64,000 bases of DNA from Octopus vulgaris (taxonomy: Eukaryota). The notes under the pieces were generated by a model. The model ran no database searches, was not told the origin of the DNA, and worked only from the letters and a program-made list of their open reading frames with translations. A program made the translations under genes and the position numbers. Below, one piece after another: positions 26,336 through 37,903 of this stretch. Within the stretch, counting starts at the first letter, position 1. Every line of letters starts with the position of its first letter. Where the stretch lies: NCBI GenBank assembly GCA_951406725.2, contig OX597816.1, positions 128,402,001 through 128,466,000 on the forward strand, written 5' to 3'.

Positions 26336-26660
26336 TCATCATCATCCTTCAACCAACCTATGGTTGGTCGGAACTCCATTGAAAATCCCTTTCCACACTA
26401 CACGGTCCTGCATTGCTGTATTCAGATCTCTAATATCCAGCTCTGAGTCCTGAGATATAGTATCTGGAAATGTCAGTTTCTTCGAGAAAAACACTTCCAG
26501 AGGGATGCTATAGGAGCAGGGATGTGATAACCTCTTTCTCTGCTTGATGACAGTGGCCAGCAAATTGTAGCCATTTCTGCTTTAGCTTGAGAGATATTGG
26601 TATCAGATTTCCGTAGATGTTACTAAGTGTTGGGTTATTCAACTACATGAACCACTCTAC
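26336..26660 (-). mobile_element. 3' fragment of a different RTE-like LINE
   Basis: C-terminal peptide LTFPDTISQDSELDIRDLNTAMQDRVVWK followed by a (GAT)n tail. Confidence 0.55.
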
Positions 26661-29493
26661 AAAATTTGTGAAAATCTTTTTTTCCTAAATGTATTCTAAC
26701 AAAACAAGTTTTGTATTTGAATTGACTTTATTACACATGATTTTCCCCCCTTAGCTGGGAATTTGACTATGGCATATATACCTCTCCAGTTTCGTGAAGG
26801 CTTAGCAACAAAGAGGTTTATCAGAAGGGATAATGCAGAAATTTTGGTAGTTTTGACTGCAACTTAGGCAAAGGTTACATGTAAATCGTTACTACTCTAT
26901 GTTCAATAAAATAAATTTTAATAGCATCACAACATAAGCAACTAACTTTGAACCAATGTGGGAGTATTTAAGCAGTCTCTTGACTTGCTTAAAACAGTAG
27001 CCAAATCATACCTTATCATCTTGAAAAGTTGCAGTAAACATTATGTAAGGTAGTCAAACATTTACTAAAAAATGGGATGATATAGTTTGATTATAGGTCT
27101 GACCAATTAGATATGACCTTAGGTTAAACAACAACAGCAACACCACAAGTAACCCAATGCATTTTATATTGTATATGCTCTTGGAATTCAACTACTTTTC
27201 ACAGTACAATGTAATGGAAATGAAAGTAGAGTAAACTTTGTAAGTCAGCTGGTCATTAATGATGATGGAAGGAGTTGACTCTTGAAACTTAATATATCTT
27301 TTTTTAACAGCTTCCACGTCTAGTGGGAGGGTGGGAAGAAGGAAAGAGGGTAATAGAAGCAAGGGAATTACCCTCAGATTGGAAACTTAGCTCAGATATT
27401 TGAAACAGTGTGAACTTCATTAAAATTACCAAACAACCAGATAATAGTAGTGGTATTAAACCAGGTGATTGCTAACGTCTACCACCCAAGAACATGAATA
27501 CTTCGTATGTTGGGTTTTAATACAGATCTGAGTCTATGGAAGGAAATGTTAGAAAAAGGTACAATGCGCAGGATTGAACCTGTAATCATGCTGTTTGTGA
27601 AATGAACTTTGTAACTACATATCTATACATATATATACATCTTACTATTTCAATTAAAGTACTAGATATAAAGATTATCTTAATCCTGGCCCATGTAAAG
27701 CATTACTTTATTTCCCATTTTATTGTCTAGAGCAAACGTGGTTATGAAAATTGCATTTACATTAAAATCACTTCAGAATAAATAGATCCATATCATATCT
27801 TTCTTTTTGAGTTCTTAATAACTCTTGTTAGAAAGATGATAACATGATGATAACAAGACTTGCACTTAGAAGTGTTTTATAGAATATGAGTAGTTTGAAG
27901 AGAGAAATCAGCTTTAGACTTGAAAGGGTTAATCACAAAGAATTTAACATCACTAAAAAGACTACAAATAAAATTAACATTTTAAATTTAAGATACTTTG
28001 ACATTTCATTTCCATTTTCAATTTAAAATAGTATGACATTTTAAAACCACATCTTATGCCATTTCTTAGTTCAAACAGTATCAATTTAAGTAATCTTGAA
28101 TGAGTATCTACCTCCTCACCCCTTACAGATGACTTCCATCCTCAGCTTAATTTTGAATGGTTCTCAATTCATCTGTTCAAAATTCTGGCAATGTACTTTC
28201 TTTTTGTTTGCACTTTCTTTTTGGTGTCTTATTATGTTAAAGCACGGACTGACAAACAGAGTATTGTCTGGTAACAATATTTTTATTTGACATATCACCT
28301 CGCTAGTTCTTTTCTATGGAAACAGTCACCTGTTTCCATAAAAGAGAAGCTGCAATTCTAATTCTGAATTAACAAATATTTCTGAGTGAAACATTAGTAG
28401 AAAAATGAACACTTGAATATTAAGCCAACTCTAGTTTCCTCATGTTAATTAGTACAGTTGTTTTTTTTTTTTGCTTTGTTTTTATACTTTTGGTATTTGT
28501 TTTCTCAAACTGGATCTACCACCTGCCATTTTTTTGTATATATATTTGGTGCACAAAACTATTTTGTGCTAAACCGACACTTTTCATAATTAGTATTTTA
28601 CACACAGTGTAAGAATAATGTCAAACAGAATAAATGTATGCAGTGTAATCTGTTCAGGCATGGAAACAACAATTTAAATCAACAATGATTTCAAGTAATA
28701 TGATGACTGAGCAGCATAGTAATGGTATTAGTGTGCTTAAAAGTGAAACAGTTTCATAAAGTATACCATTTACCTTTATGATGTAAACGTAGTAAATGCA
28801 GGTGCATAGATAAACATACATTGCAAGGAATATGAAAGTAGATATTTTGCTAGGTTATATGCCTAATCATACTTGTCACTCAAAAGTTGAAATCAATTAA
28901 TTTGTAATCAAGTTGCTGCAGTCAACACTATTCCAGTGATTTGAGATTTCCATATCTGCACAAATTAATTACTGCCAAGTGTTCACTTATACCACTTCCA
29001 AAGGGGTTTTTACCAGATGTTTTATCAACTCATCCATAACAACGGTCAGTTGCCAATGTATCATACGTTTCACTTATTATTATTGCAACATTGCACTTCA
29101 GTCATACCTGTTACACAATTAACAATCCATTTGCTGATTAAATGCAAACTGATAAGACATTAGGGTGCAAGCATATTAATTTCAGCATTATAATCAATAG
29201 ATAAATCTCGACCATATTGTGTTCCATTTGGACACACCCATACCCACATGCACAAGCACACACACATATGAATACATATACCTGTGTGAGTGTGTGTGTA
29301 TGTATGTGTGAGTATGTATGTGTGTATTTTTCTGAATGTAGAATGTTGAGCCTTTGTGTATGTATATGCATATACATACATACATACCTATATTTATGTG
29401 TACATATATGTTTATCTATGTATTTAGTATATATGCACCCAAACACACACATATATATGTATGCATGCATGTATGTATATACATACATACATG

Positions 29494-29542
<49 letters not shown>

Positions 29543-29573
29543 ATATATAATTATACCTGTGTTAAACTCCATT

Positions 29574-29611
<38 letters not shown>

Positions 29612-29670
29612 TTTCACTACCAGCGGCCTAGCATGTATAAAAATTCAATAGACAACATATTCTCAATATA

Positions 29671-29966
<296 letters not shown>

Positions 29967-29980
29967 TAGATATAGATATA

Positions 29981-30585
29981 TAGTGCTGAGTCAAAAGTTT
30001 TGCAATATTTGGGTATTTTATTTGCTTTATTCATCAAGTTTTGACAAAAGCAACCTAGCATTCAGAGCAGACTGTCGTGTTGCACCTTCTGAAGCCATTT
30101 TTCTGCCAGTTCTTTGATCCCATGCTGATACAAGTTCTTGTCCTTTGAGGCAAGAACTCCTGAAGGACTCCTTCACTGAAGCTTCCACCTCTTCCTCTTG
30201 TTTGATGAAGCATTGTGAGCACAGAAAATAAGCCTTTGATTTCTGTTACTTATTACTTGTTCCAACAAGTAGCAATCTGAAAGAGCCAGATCCAGACCCT
30301 ATGCTGGTTGTGGCATCAGTTTGATTGCTTCAAGGTTCTGGAGTATATTCCAGAATTTTCTTAAGTGGTATACGGTCTTGTATTGCTTTGCTCCACAAGA
30401 GCTCACTTTCTGTTAACCTATGCAGGGTAATTTTGCCACACAGTGACATACTTCCACTCCAGCTGTTCAAGTACAGGCTGGCATCGATGGAGCAAACTCA
30501 TAGTGAATTATCCTGTCATAATTTCACCAGATGCAGAGCATTACCTTGTGTTTGAAACACTTGTGTGGAAACAGGTTCCATGTAC
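29981..30585 (-). mobile_element. Mariner relic (second subfamily), 3' half
   Basis: KVMLCIW*NYDRIIHYE, PQPA*GLDLALSDCYL (decayed YSPDLAPSD) and NLYQHGIKELAEKW. Confidence 0.7.
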
Positions 30586-30639
30586 ATAAACATATATATC
30601 CCTGGCTGCCAGCAGATTTGGGGCTGCATCTTCTACATG

Positions 30640-30975
30640 CCAGAACCCAACAACTATGGAAGGAAACGCTGCAGAAATACTATTTGGTTTGCCCCCCACT
30701 TCTTTCTTAACACAAAAACACCTGTGGTTAGAATGTTCTTTAAATTAATAAATAAGCATTTCACTAGCTCCCTTAGATATGAGCCCATTTTCAACAGACA
30801 CACCATTAGAATCTCATTTTACTATGCCCCCAATATTAAGAGCATCCCAGTTAGCACTCCTGGGCCACAGGAAGAGGCAGGATGTTCACGTAGGGACTGC
30901 AACAGATGCCCGGTGGGAGGCTACTGTGAAATCAAACGGGTCATCTATGAAGCCAAAGTACTAGCAAGCACTGGC
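30640..30975 (+). mobile_element. Penelope-like element ORF fragment (RT/GIY-YIG linker)
   Basis: RKRCRNTIWFAPHF..KLINKHF..IFNRHTIRISF..PNIKSI..CPVGGYC..VIYEAKV matches the WFNPP/KHF/FNR/CPL.G.C..VVY pattern of PLE ORFs, possibly Naiad/Chlamys-type. Confidence 0.7.
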
Positions 30976-31240
30976 AATACCACCGGTAGAAGCAGTAACA
31001 GCTGTGGATAGGAGAACAGAATCAGCAACACCACCACCATCGCCACTGTTATCAACATTGGCAACAATAACAGCACCAGTGACAGCATTGGCAGTTCACC
31101 CAATGGCATCAACAGTAGTAACAACAATAGGTCCAGTGCCACTGCCAGCAATAATGGCAGCAATGACAACAGCAGCAGCGACAGTGGACATACACACATA
31201 CACACGCGCACACATATAAATACACACATATATACATACA

Positions 31241-31295
<55 letters not shown>

Positions 31296-31307
31296 GTATA
31301 TATGTAT

Positions 31308-31599
31308 GTGGAGGCGCAATGGCCCAGTGGTTAGGGCAGCGGACTCGTGGTTGTAAGATCGCGGTTTCGATTCCCAGACTGGGCGTTGTGAGTGTTTATT
31401 GAGCGTAAACACCTAAAAGCTCCATGAGGCTCCAGCAGGGGGGTGATCCCTGCTGTACTCTTTCACTCTTTCTTCTGTTGGCCTGCTCACTTAGCCAGCG
31501 GGGTGGCGTCATTCGAAGGCTAAAACAGTGCAAAACGCATTGTGACCAGCGATGTGTAACAACATCTGATGTCTGGTCGGTCACGTGATCGTGATCGTG

Positions 31600-31600
<1 letters not shown>
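31308..31600 (+). mobile_element. tRNA-derived SINE, family C, between TA arrays
   Basis: A box tggcccagtggttagg, B box ggtttcgattccc, short (gtgatc)n tail. Confidence 0.75.
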
Positions 31601-31667
<67 letters not shown>

Positions 31668-31673
31668 GTATAT

Positions 31674-32469
31674 ATATTCACTTCCTGTCCCAGGTAGACA
31701 TATTCCTTTACCTCCTCTATTTCATCACTGCGGATCACCATTCAACCTGTTGGTATGTTGTCTGACAGCATGAACTTCATTTTCATGCGGTTCATCTTGA
31801 GACCTACTGCAGAGCTTTTGATGTCGAGCTCCATCAGCATCGTCTGAAGCTGATCCATGGTTTCAGTGATGATTACAATGTCTACCTGGGACAGAAAGTG
31901 AATATGTGCTGAGATATCGAAAAGGAGATCTCACAGAGAGTAAGGGCCGGATGGAAGGCGTTTAATGGCATAAGGGATGTGCTCAAGGGAAGGTTGAACA
32001 GGACCACCCGCACCAGCCTCATCAACAGTACTGTTCTACCTGCAATATTATATGGTAGTGAAACATGGGCTACAACAAAGAGACAAGAGCAGAGACTGGT
32101 AACAGCTCAAAGAGCCATGGAAAGGTCAATGCTTGGTAGAGAGAGAGCACATCAGTAGCGAGATCATCACAAAGAGGTCCAGCGTGAGGGATGTTATCGC
32201 AGAGTATACACGCAGCAAGTTTAGATGGGCTGGACATGTTGTCTGGCTCACCAATAATCAGTGGACCCGCGCAGTTGTTGAGTGGTACCCGTGCGAGCGG
32301 AAACGACCACTCGGAAGACCTCCATGACAGCGGAGTTATGATTTCAGGAGGGAGATTGGGATCATGTGGATGAGAAAGGCACTATCCAGAGAGGAGTGGA
32401 CAGTGTGCTGTGACCAGTGGTGTCAAATGGACGCCCGACAGACTGGTCGGTCAAGGTGATCAAGGTGAT
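31674..32469 (+). mobile_element. RTE-type LINE 3' fragment with an inverted 5' segment (31674-31880 is minus strand)
   Basis: Minus part: DIVIITET..VGLKMN..EEVKEYVYLGQEVN. Plus part: YLGQKVN..LYGSETW..KFRWAGHV..KRPLGRPP. Tail (caaggtgat)x2. Confidence 0.85.
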
Positions 32470-32648
32470 ATATATATATATATATAGATAGATAGACAGA
32501 CAGACAGACAGAAATACATTTCATGCACACTCAGTACCAATACCTGTCAAAATACTTACCACTATCCAAACATTTTACCTGGTGACATCAGAGACAATTC
32601 TGGCCAAAAATAGAGCTCTATCCACTCTCATATGTCGTATGTAATTTA

Positions 32649-33844
32649 CTAAGTGGTGGCAAAAATTTCCCAGACTAATTCTGTAGCTCACCAACAGATG
32701 GCAGCACATGGTTGCATGTACAGTGAGATGTACAGTCATCTTCATAAGGTAGTGTGCCGAGTGATATCACTATGTTTACTTTGCAAGTTGTGAAATTTGT
32801 GCTTTTGTGATCATGTGCTGTAGTCTGTAATTTTGTCATATACAGGAACAAAGATCCAACATGAAATTTTGCTTTAAACTTGGGAAATCTACTACAAAGA
32901 CATTGAGAAAGCTTATAGCATTCAGCAAGCTTATAGCAATGAGGCAATGGGTCATATGCAATGTTTCAAGTGGCACAGTCACTTCAAGAGTGGCAGAACA
33001 TCCCTAAAATATAATGAGTGATCTGGAAGACCTGTCACGTGTGCCACCCCTAGAAATGTGGTATTGTGCCAGACCATCAAAGTTTTGAAGAGTTTGAGGG
33101 AGGACATTTAGTGAAAGTGATCTGTGGAGTATGAAGAATTGAATTTTTCCCAATAACAATGCACCCTAACACCGAGCTCTCCTCATTCATGAGCTTCTCA
33201 CCAAAAACAATATGATATCATTTCCACACCCACTCTATTTGCCAGATTTAGCACCTACAAACTTCTATTTTTTCCCCAAGATGAAAATGCAGCTCAAAGG
33301 CCACTGTTTTAACACAGTTGTCAAGACCTAGCGTGAATCGCAGTAGGTCCTCATCTCACTTACAGAAACCAGCTTCCAGGCCAGATTCCAAAAATGGCAG
33401 GAACACTGGGTATGGTTTATTACTGTGTAAGATGAATATTTTGAAGGAGACGATGTTAAAACTTAGGTAAATAAGTACATCATTATCATCATCATCGTTT
33501 AACGTCTGCTTTCCATGCTAGCATGGGTTTTACGATTTGACTGAGGTCTGGCAAACCAGATGGCTGCACCAAACTCCAATCTGATCTGGCAGAGATTCTA
33601 CAGCTGGATTCCCTTCCTAATGCCAACCACTCCGAGAGTGTAGTAGGTGCTTTTACATGCCACCGGCATGAGGGCCAGTCAGGCAGTACTGGCAACGGCC
33701 ACACTCAAATGGTGTTTTTTATGTGCCACTTGCACAGAAGCCAGTCCAGCAGCACTGGAAATGACCTTGCTCGAATGTATGACCTCGCTTGAAGTTATTT
33801 TTCATTAAACATAACTAGTCTTGGAACATTTTGATACCACCTTA
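32649..33844 (+). mobile_element. Mariner element with both TIRs, internally deleted and degraded
   Basis: TA-flanked TIRs ctaagtggtggcaaaaatttcccagacta / tagtcttggaacattttgataccacctta. Motifs NNAP*H and HPLYLPDLAPTNFYFFPKMK. Confidence 0.85.
33478..33791 (-). mobile_element. RTE 3' UTR copy nested in the mariner
   Basis: Close match to 5886-6200 with a (CAT)n tail. Confidence 0.85.
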
Positions 33845-34968
33845 TATTCTACTCGAATTCAGGTCCTCAAACAGCACACTGTACCACTCCACTCTCTAAA
33901 TCCTCCACCACCCTTCTTAACCAAGTTTTTCTCACCTTAGTAAAATCATCTGCCTTAGGATACAAAAATTACCAGTCACCTTAGGCCAAATCCAGCAATC
34001 ATGTCTTCTAAAATTCTTTGTCATCTGAACAGCTCTTTTTGTCAAATCTTACACAAAAAAGCAGAGTAGCCAAGCCAAATCAATGTAGATTTTGATACTA
34101 TGCACCGCCCACCCACCTCAATTCAGTTGCAGTAATATGAATGCACTCATACTTCCTCTTAAACTCATCATCTACCTAAACATCACCAATTTCTAAGGAA
34201 ACACTACCTTGTTATACTACTTACATCACTCCTTCTCCTATTTATATCTCTCACTGAACCTTTCTATTGTAGTGGGCAGGTCTTCTTAAGTACCATCAGT
34301 GGAAATGCTCTTCTTTCAAACTCCTTAACCTCTCCATGATGTCTTACATAACAACTGTTCTCTTTCTCACCTTACCTCCCAAGCTCATGCTGTGTAACCC
34401 TCTTTTCCCCATGACTAGGAGCGTAGCACCATCCATACATCAAGGATAGTTCCCATCATCAACTCAGATGACATTTTAAGTCTGAAGTTTCATAATTCTT
34501 CTTACATACCACTTGTTTGTCCCATTTCACTTCAGTCATAGCCTAAATGTTGTCCCCTTTATTATCAATTTCAACAGTTTTAGACTCAACCAAAACCTTC
34601 TTCAGATGACTTCTTCTGCTATCATGGCTGTTTTGTCTACCAAAATGTCATCTATGTAAAATTCTGTGGGCCCTTTCCCTCTGTTCATTTTTTCCCTGTA
34701 TATTACTGATAATTGTTGCCCTGATCTTTGATAGGGAGCACAGTTTAAACTCCAGTCCAGACAAACAGTATATCTTACCCTTATAATTCCCAATTTCTTA
34801 GCAACTTGAAAGTGTAGGCTGGTTGATTTCAAGTTATCATGTTTAGAAGCTCCTGTCATTTGTCTCCATTCTTGCAAGGTCTCCCTACATATATCTGTAG
34901 CCTTAAAGTCTGTGTAACATGTCAACTAGTCAACTTCCTAACATTTATTTTTTGTTGATCAAACTAAT

Positions 34969-35270
34969 ACATCATCATTATCATCATTCACATTTAATGT
35001 CTGTTTTCCATGCTGTCATGGGTTGGATGGTTTCACAGGAACTGGCAAAGTCAGGGGCTGCACCAGATTTCATAGTTTGTTTTGGCTGAATTACATGGCA
35101 GGATGGTCTTGCTAACACCAACCACTCTACAGAGTGTACTTGGTACATTTTTCATGACACCATCACCAGTGCTTTTTACATGGCACTAGCACCCACACCA
35201 ATTCCTTTTATGTGGCACCTTGGTTTTAAGATCTCAATTCTGTTGTAGTGGACAGGTCTTATCAAGTACC
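34969..35270 (-). mobile_element. RTE 3' UTR copy, diverged, nested in the Gypsy relic
   Basis: (CAT)n, ttttccatgctg.catgggttggatgg and ccaaccactc. Confidence 0.75.
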
Positions 35271-35649
35271 ATCAGTGGAAATACTTTACTTTCAAACACC
35301 TGTTCACAAAGCTTTAGAATACTTCACCTTTTTTTATCTATCTCTCCATGTCCCTCTTGAATCTAAATATCACCACAACCCTATTTTCAAAGAACATTCA
35401 TGACAGCTCACCTTATTCAACACTGAGATGATTTGACTGTCTATTAGTTGCTATCAAACTCCACACAAAAATTCCTTTTCCAGAGCCCTCTTCAACAATT
35501 CTAGTTATCCTCTATGAGGCTGTGCACTCACAACAATTTTTTTGTGCCCCTTCAAATTCTACTCAATCCTTATTGAACAAAACTCCACCATCAGTCAGCC
35601 AATCATATCCATGCCTATCAACAATGTAATTTTTTATGATTATCTTGAC

Positions 35650-36010
35650 CAGGCCTGGCCAACTCGAATTACATCATAGGCCACTTTAATCACAGAAGGC
35701 TTTTTGAGGGCCGCTTGTATACTTTATGCACTAATAGTCAAATAATCACTGCTAACAGAATTGAAAGCATTTTGCTTTCTCATGGTATTATTACAGTAAT
35801 AAATGAATGATCATTGATTCAACATGAAATGTTATCGTTGCAAAAACTGTAGTATCTTTCTTTTTTACTTTTCATTACAAGCTTTAATTTTTGATAAAAT
35901 TTTTTAAATGATTGTTTAAATAAACCCATTTCAAGAAAGTATCAAGCGAGCCACATGATAAAAGTCTGCAGGCTGCATGTGACCCATGGACCTCAGGTTG
36001 CCCAGCCCTG
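35650..36010. mobile_element. hAT (Charlie-like) MITE
   Basis: Exact 8-bp TSD atcttgac (35642-35649, 36011-36018). TIRs caggcctggccaac / gttgcccagccctg. Confidence 0.85.
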
Positions 36011-37034
36011 ATCTTGACTGTCAATCACATTCTACAAACCATCATCCCTACAGTGCCAGTTCCCTCCACATGCTTCCTTTGACTCCCATCCAAATTATCT
36101 ACCTGCCTAATAATTATTTGAATAATCTACATCAGTGCAAGCTCTGATCCTTTCCTATTACCAGGACTTCCAGAATAGGCAGTGAATGTAAGAACACTTC
36201 TGTTTTGTTGCTACCAGTGTAGGAGAATGCCCTTCTTTTACATCATTCCCCTAACTTCAAAAGCTTGCTATACAATCAGTCCTGTCACATAAGTAGCAAC
36301 TCAGTTCTGGCCTAAGCTGCTTATAGTCCATGACCATATGTTACACTTGATACTTAAAGTGCACTGCCTCCTGAATAATCACACCTGCTCTCTTCCACTT
36401 TTTACTCACTCACTACTCAAAGCTTGCCATCTCATTACAATTGCTACTGTAGCAAAGGATCTTGTTTCATTCACCATAAATACCCTAGCCAGAGACATTA
36501 AATCTGTCACTGTGATGGCCTCTATGTCTGAAATTTGATCAAAATAGACTGTCACAAACTCTAGTTAAATTATTCTTTCTAAATATTTTCTGGTAAACTC
36601 AGCCTGCTTTCTAATCTCATTTAGCAAACACATCCACCAGTCTCCCAGCTCATTTAACTCTTTCTAGCTTGTTATAGGCCACACACAAATAATCCACATT
36701 GTAAAAGCCCCTTTCAAACTGATTTCTCTTCATTCTGGTCTTAATTACTCATCACCAAGTTCAAATCTGGCATGTCTCCTTTTAAATACAGGGGCATAAA
36801 ACTCCCTACATCTTGCACTCTCTACATTTTCGTAGACAGTCTTACTTTCTTCATCCACTGAACCACACTTCTCTCAACATTAAACACCATTATCATTTTG
36901 CTACTAATCATATATATACACACACATACATGCAAGCATAAACATTAATGTTTGTTTTTATGTTCAGTTATAATAAAAACAATTTTACTTTGATCTGATG
37001 GGTTACTCTATACTTTAGTAGAATACAAATTTAA

Positions 37035-37172
37035 TTATTGTTATACAAGGATGTTGTTGTCTGTGACTTCAAAGTTCCAGTTAGATAAGCCATCATCAAA
37101 ATGCAGTCTGATGATGGCTTAGCTGGCTGAAACTTTGAATTCACAGTCAACAACATTCTTGTATAATATTGA
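37035..37172. repeat. Fold-back palindrome with divergent hammerhead motifs
   Basis: Arms ~37041-37098 and ~37109-37166. Right arm reads CTGATGA-tggcttagctggct-GAAA-ctttgaat-TC-acag. Confidence 0.8.
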
Positions 37173-37453
37173 TAAATACACACAAACACACATACATGCA
37201 CACACACACTTATGTATGTATACACATATATATACACCCACATGCACATATATATATTTCAAATTTGGACTTATGTAGCAAATGACTTGGTTAAAAGCAG
37301 TTTCTTGAAACTAATGCAATTACATCATGATTGAGAAATTTTAGTAATTTAAAACTGCTCAAAGACTCTTAAACTCAATTATAATTCATTTCATGCAGTG
37401 TCAAAATTTTCAATCCCATTTATTGAAACCTGGCTGGCACGGACACAGTCTTA

Positions 37454-37903
37454 TGAGGTGGTATCAAAAAGTTCCCAGACTAGTTATGTTTAATAATAAA
37501 ATAAATTATTTACTTAAGTTTTAACATCATCTCCTTTGAAATAGACACCTTGCAAAGCAATACACCAGTCCCAGCATTCCTGCCACTTTTAGAATCCAGC
37601 TTGAAAGTCATTTTCCATAAGCAGGTCAAGAATCTTCTGGGATTTGCTTTGGATCCGGACAATGGTGTTAAAACAGTGACCTTTGAGCTGCATTTTCATC
37701 TTGGGAAAGAGATGAAAGTCTGCAGGTGCTAAATCTGGCAAAGAGGGTAGGTGTTGATTTTGGCAAAAAACTCTTGAGTGAAGAGAGCTTGGTGTCAGGG
37801 AGCATTGTCATCATGAAGAATCGAATTCTTCATGCTCCATAGATTTAGTAACTTATGCTGAATATCCTCTCTCAAATGTTTCAAAATGTCACAGTAGAAC
37901 TCT
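37454..37903 (-). mobile_element. Mariner 3' half, same family as 32649-33844
   Basis: TA followed by TIR tgaggtggtatcaaaaagttcccagactag. Reverse complement of ~33100-33470. Confidence 0.85.

Larger units (their letters stand above)
33900..36890 (-). mobile_element. Heavily degraded Gypsy LTR-retrotransposon gag-pol
   Basis: In order on the minus strand: gag-like VQWMKKVRL..DVGSFMPLYLKGD and AGRLVDVFA (~36620-36870), protease end LIGMDMI (~35600), RT FYIDDILV (~34640). LTRs not found. Confidence 0.6.
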
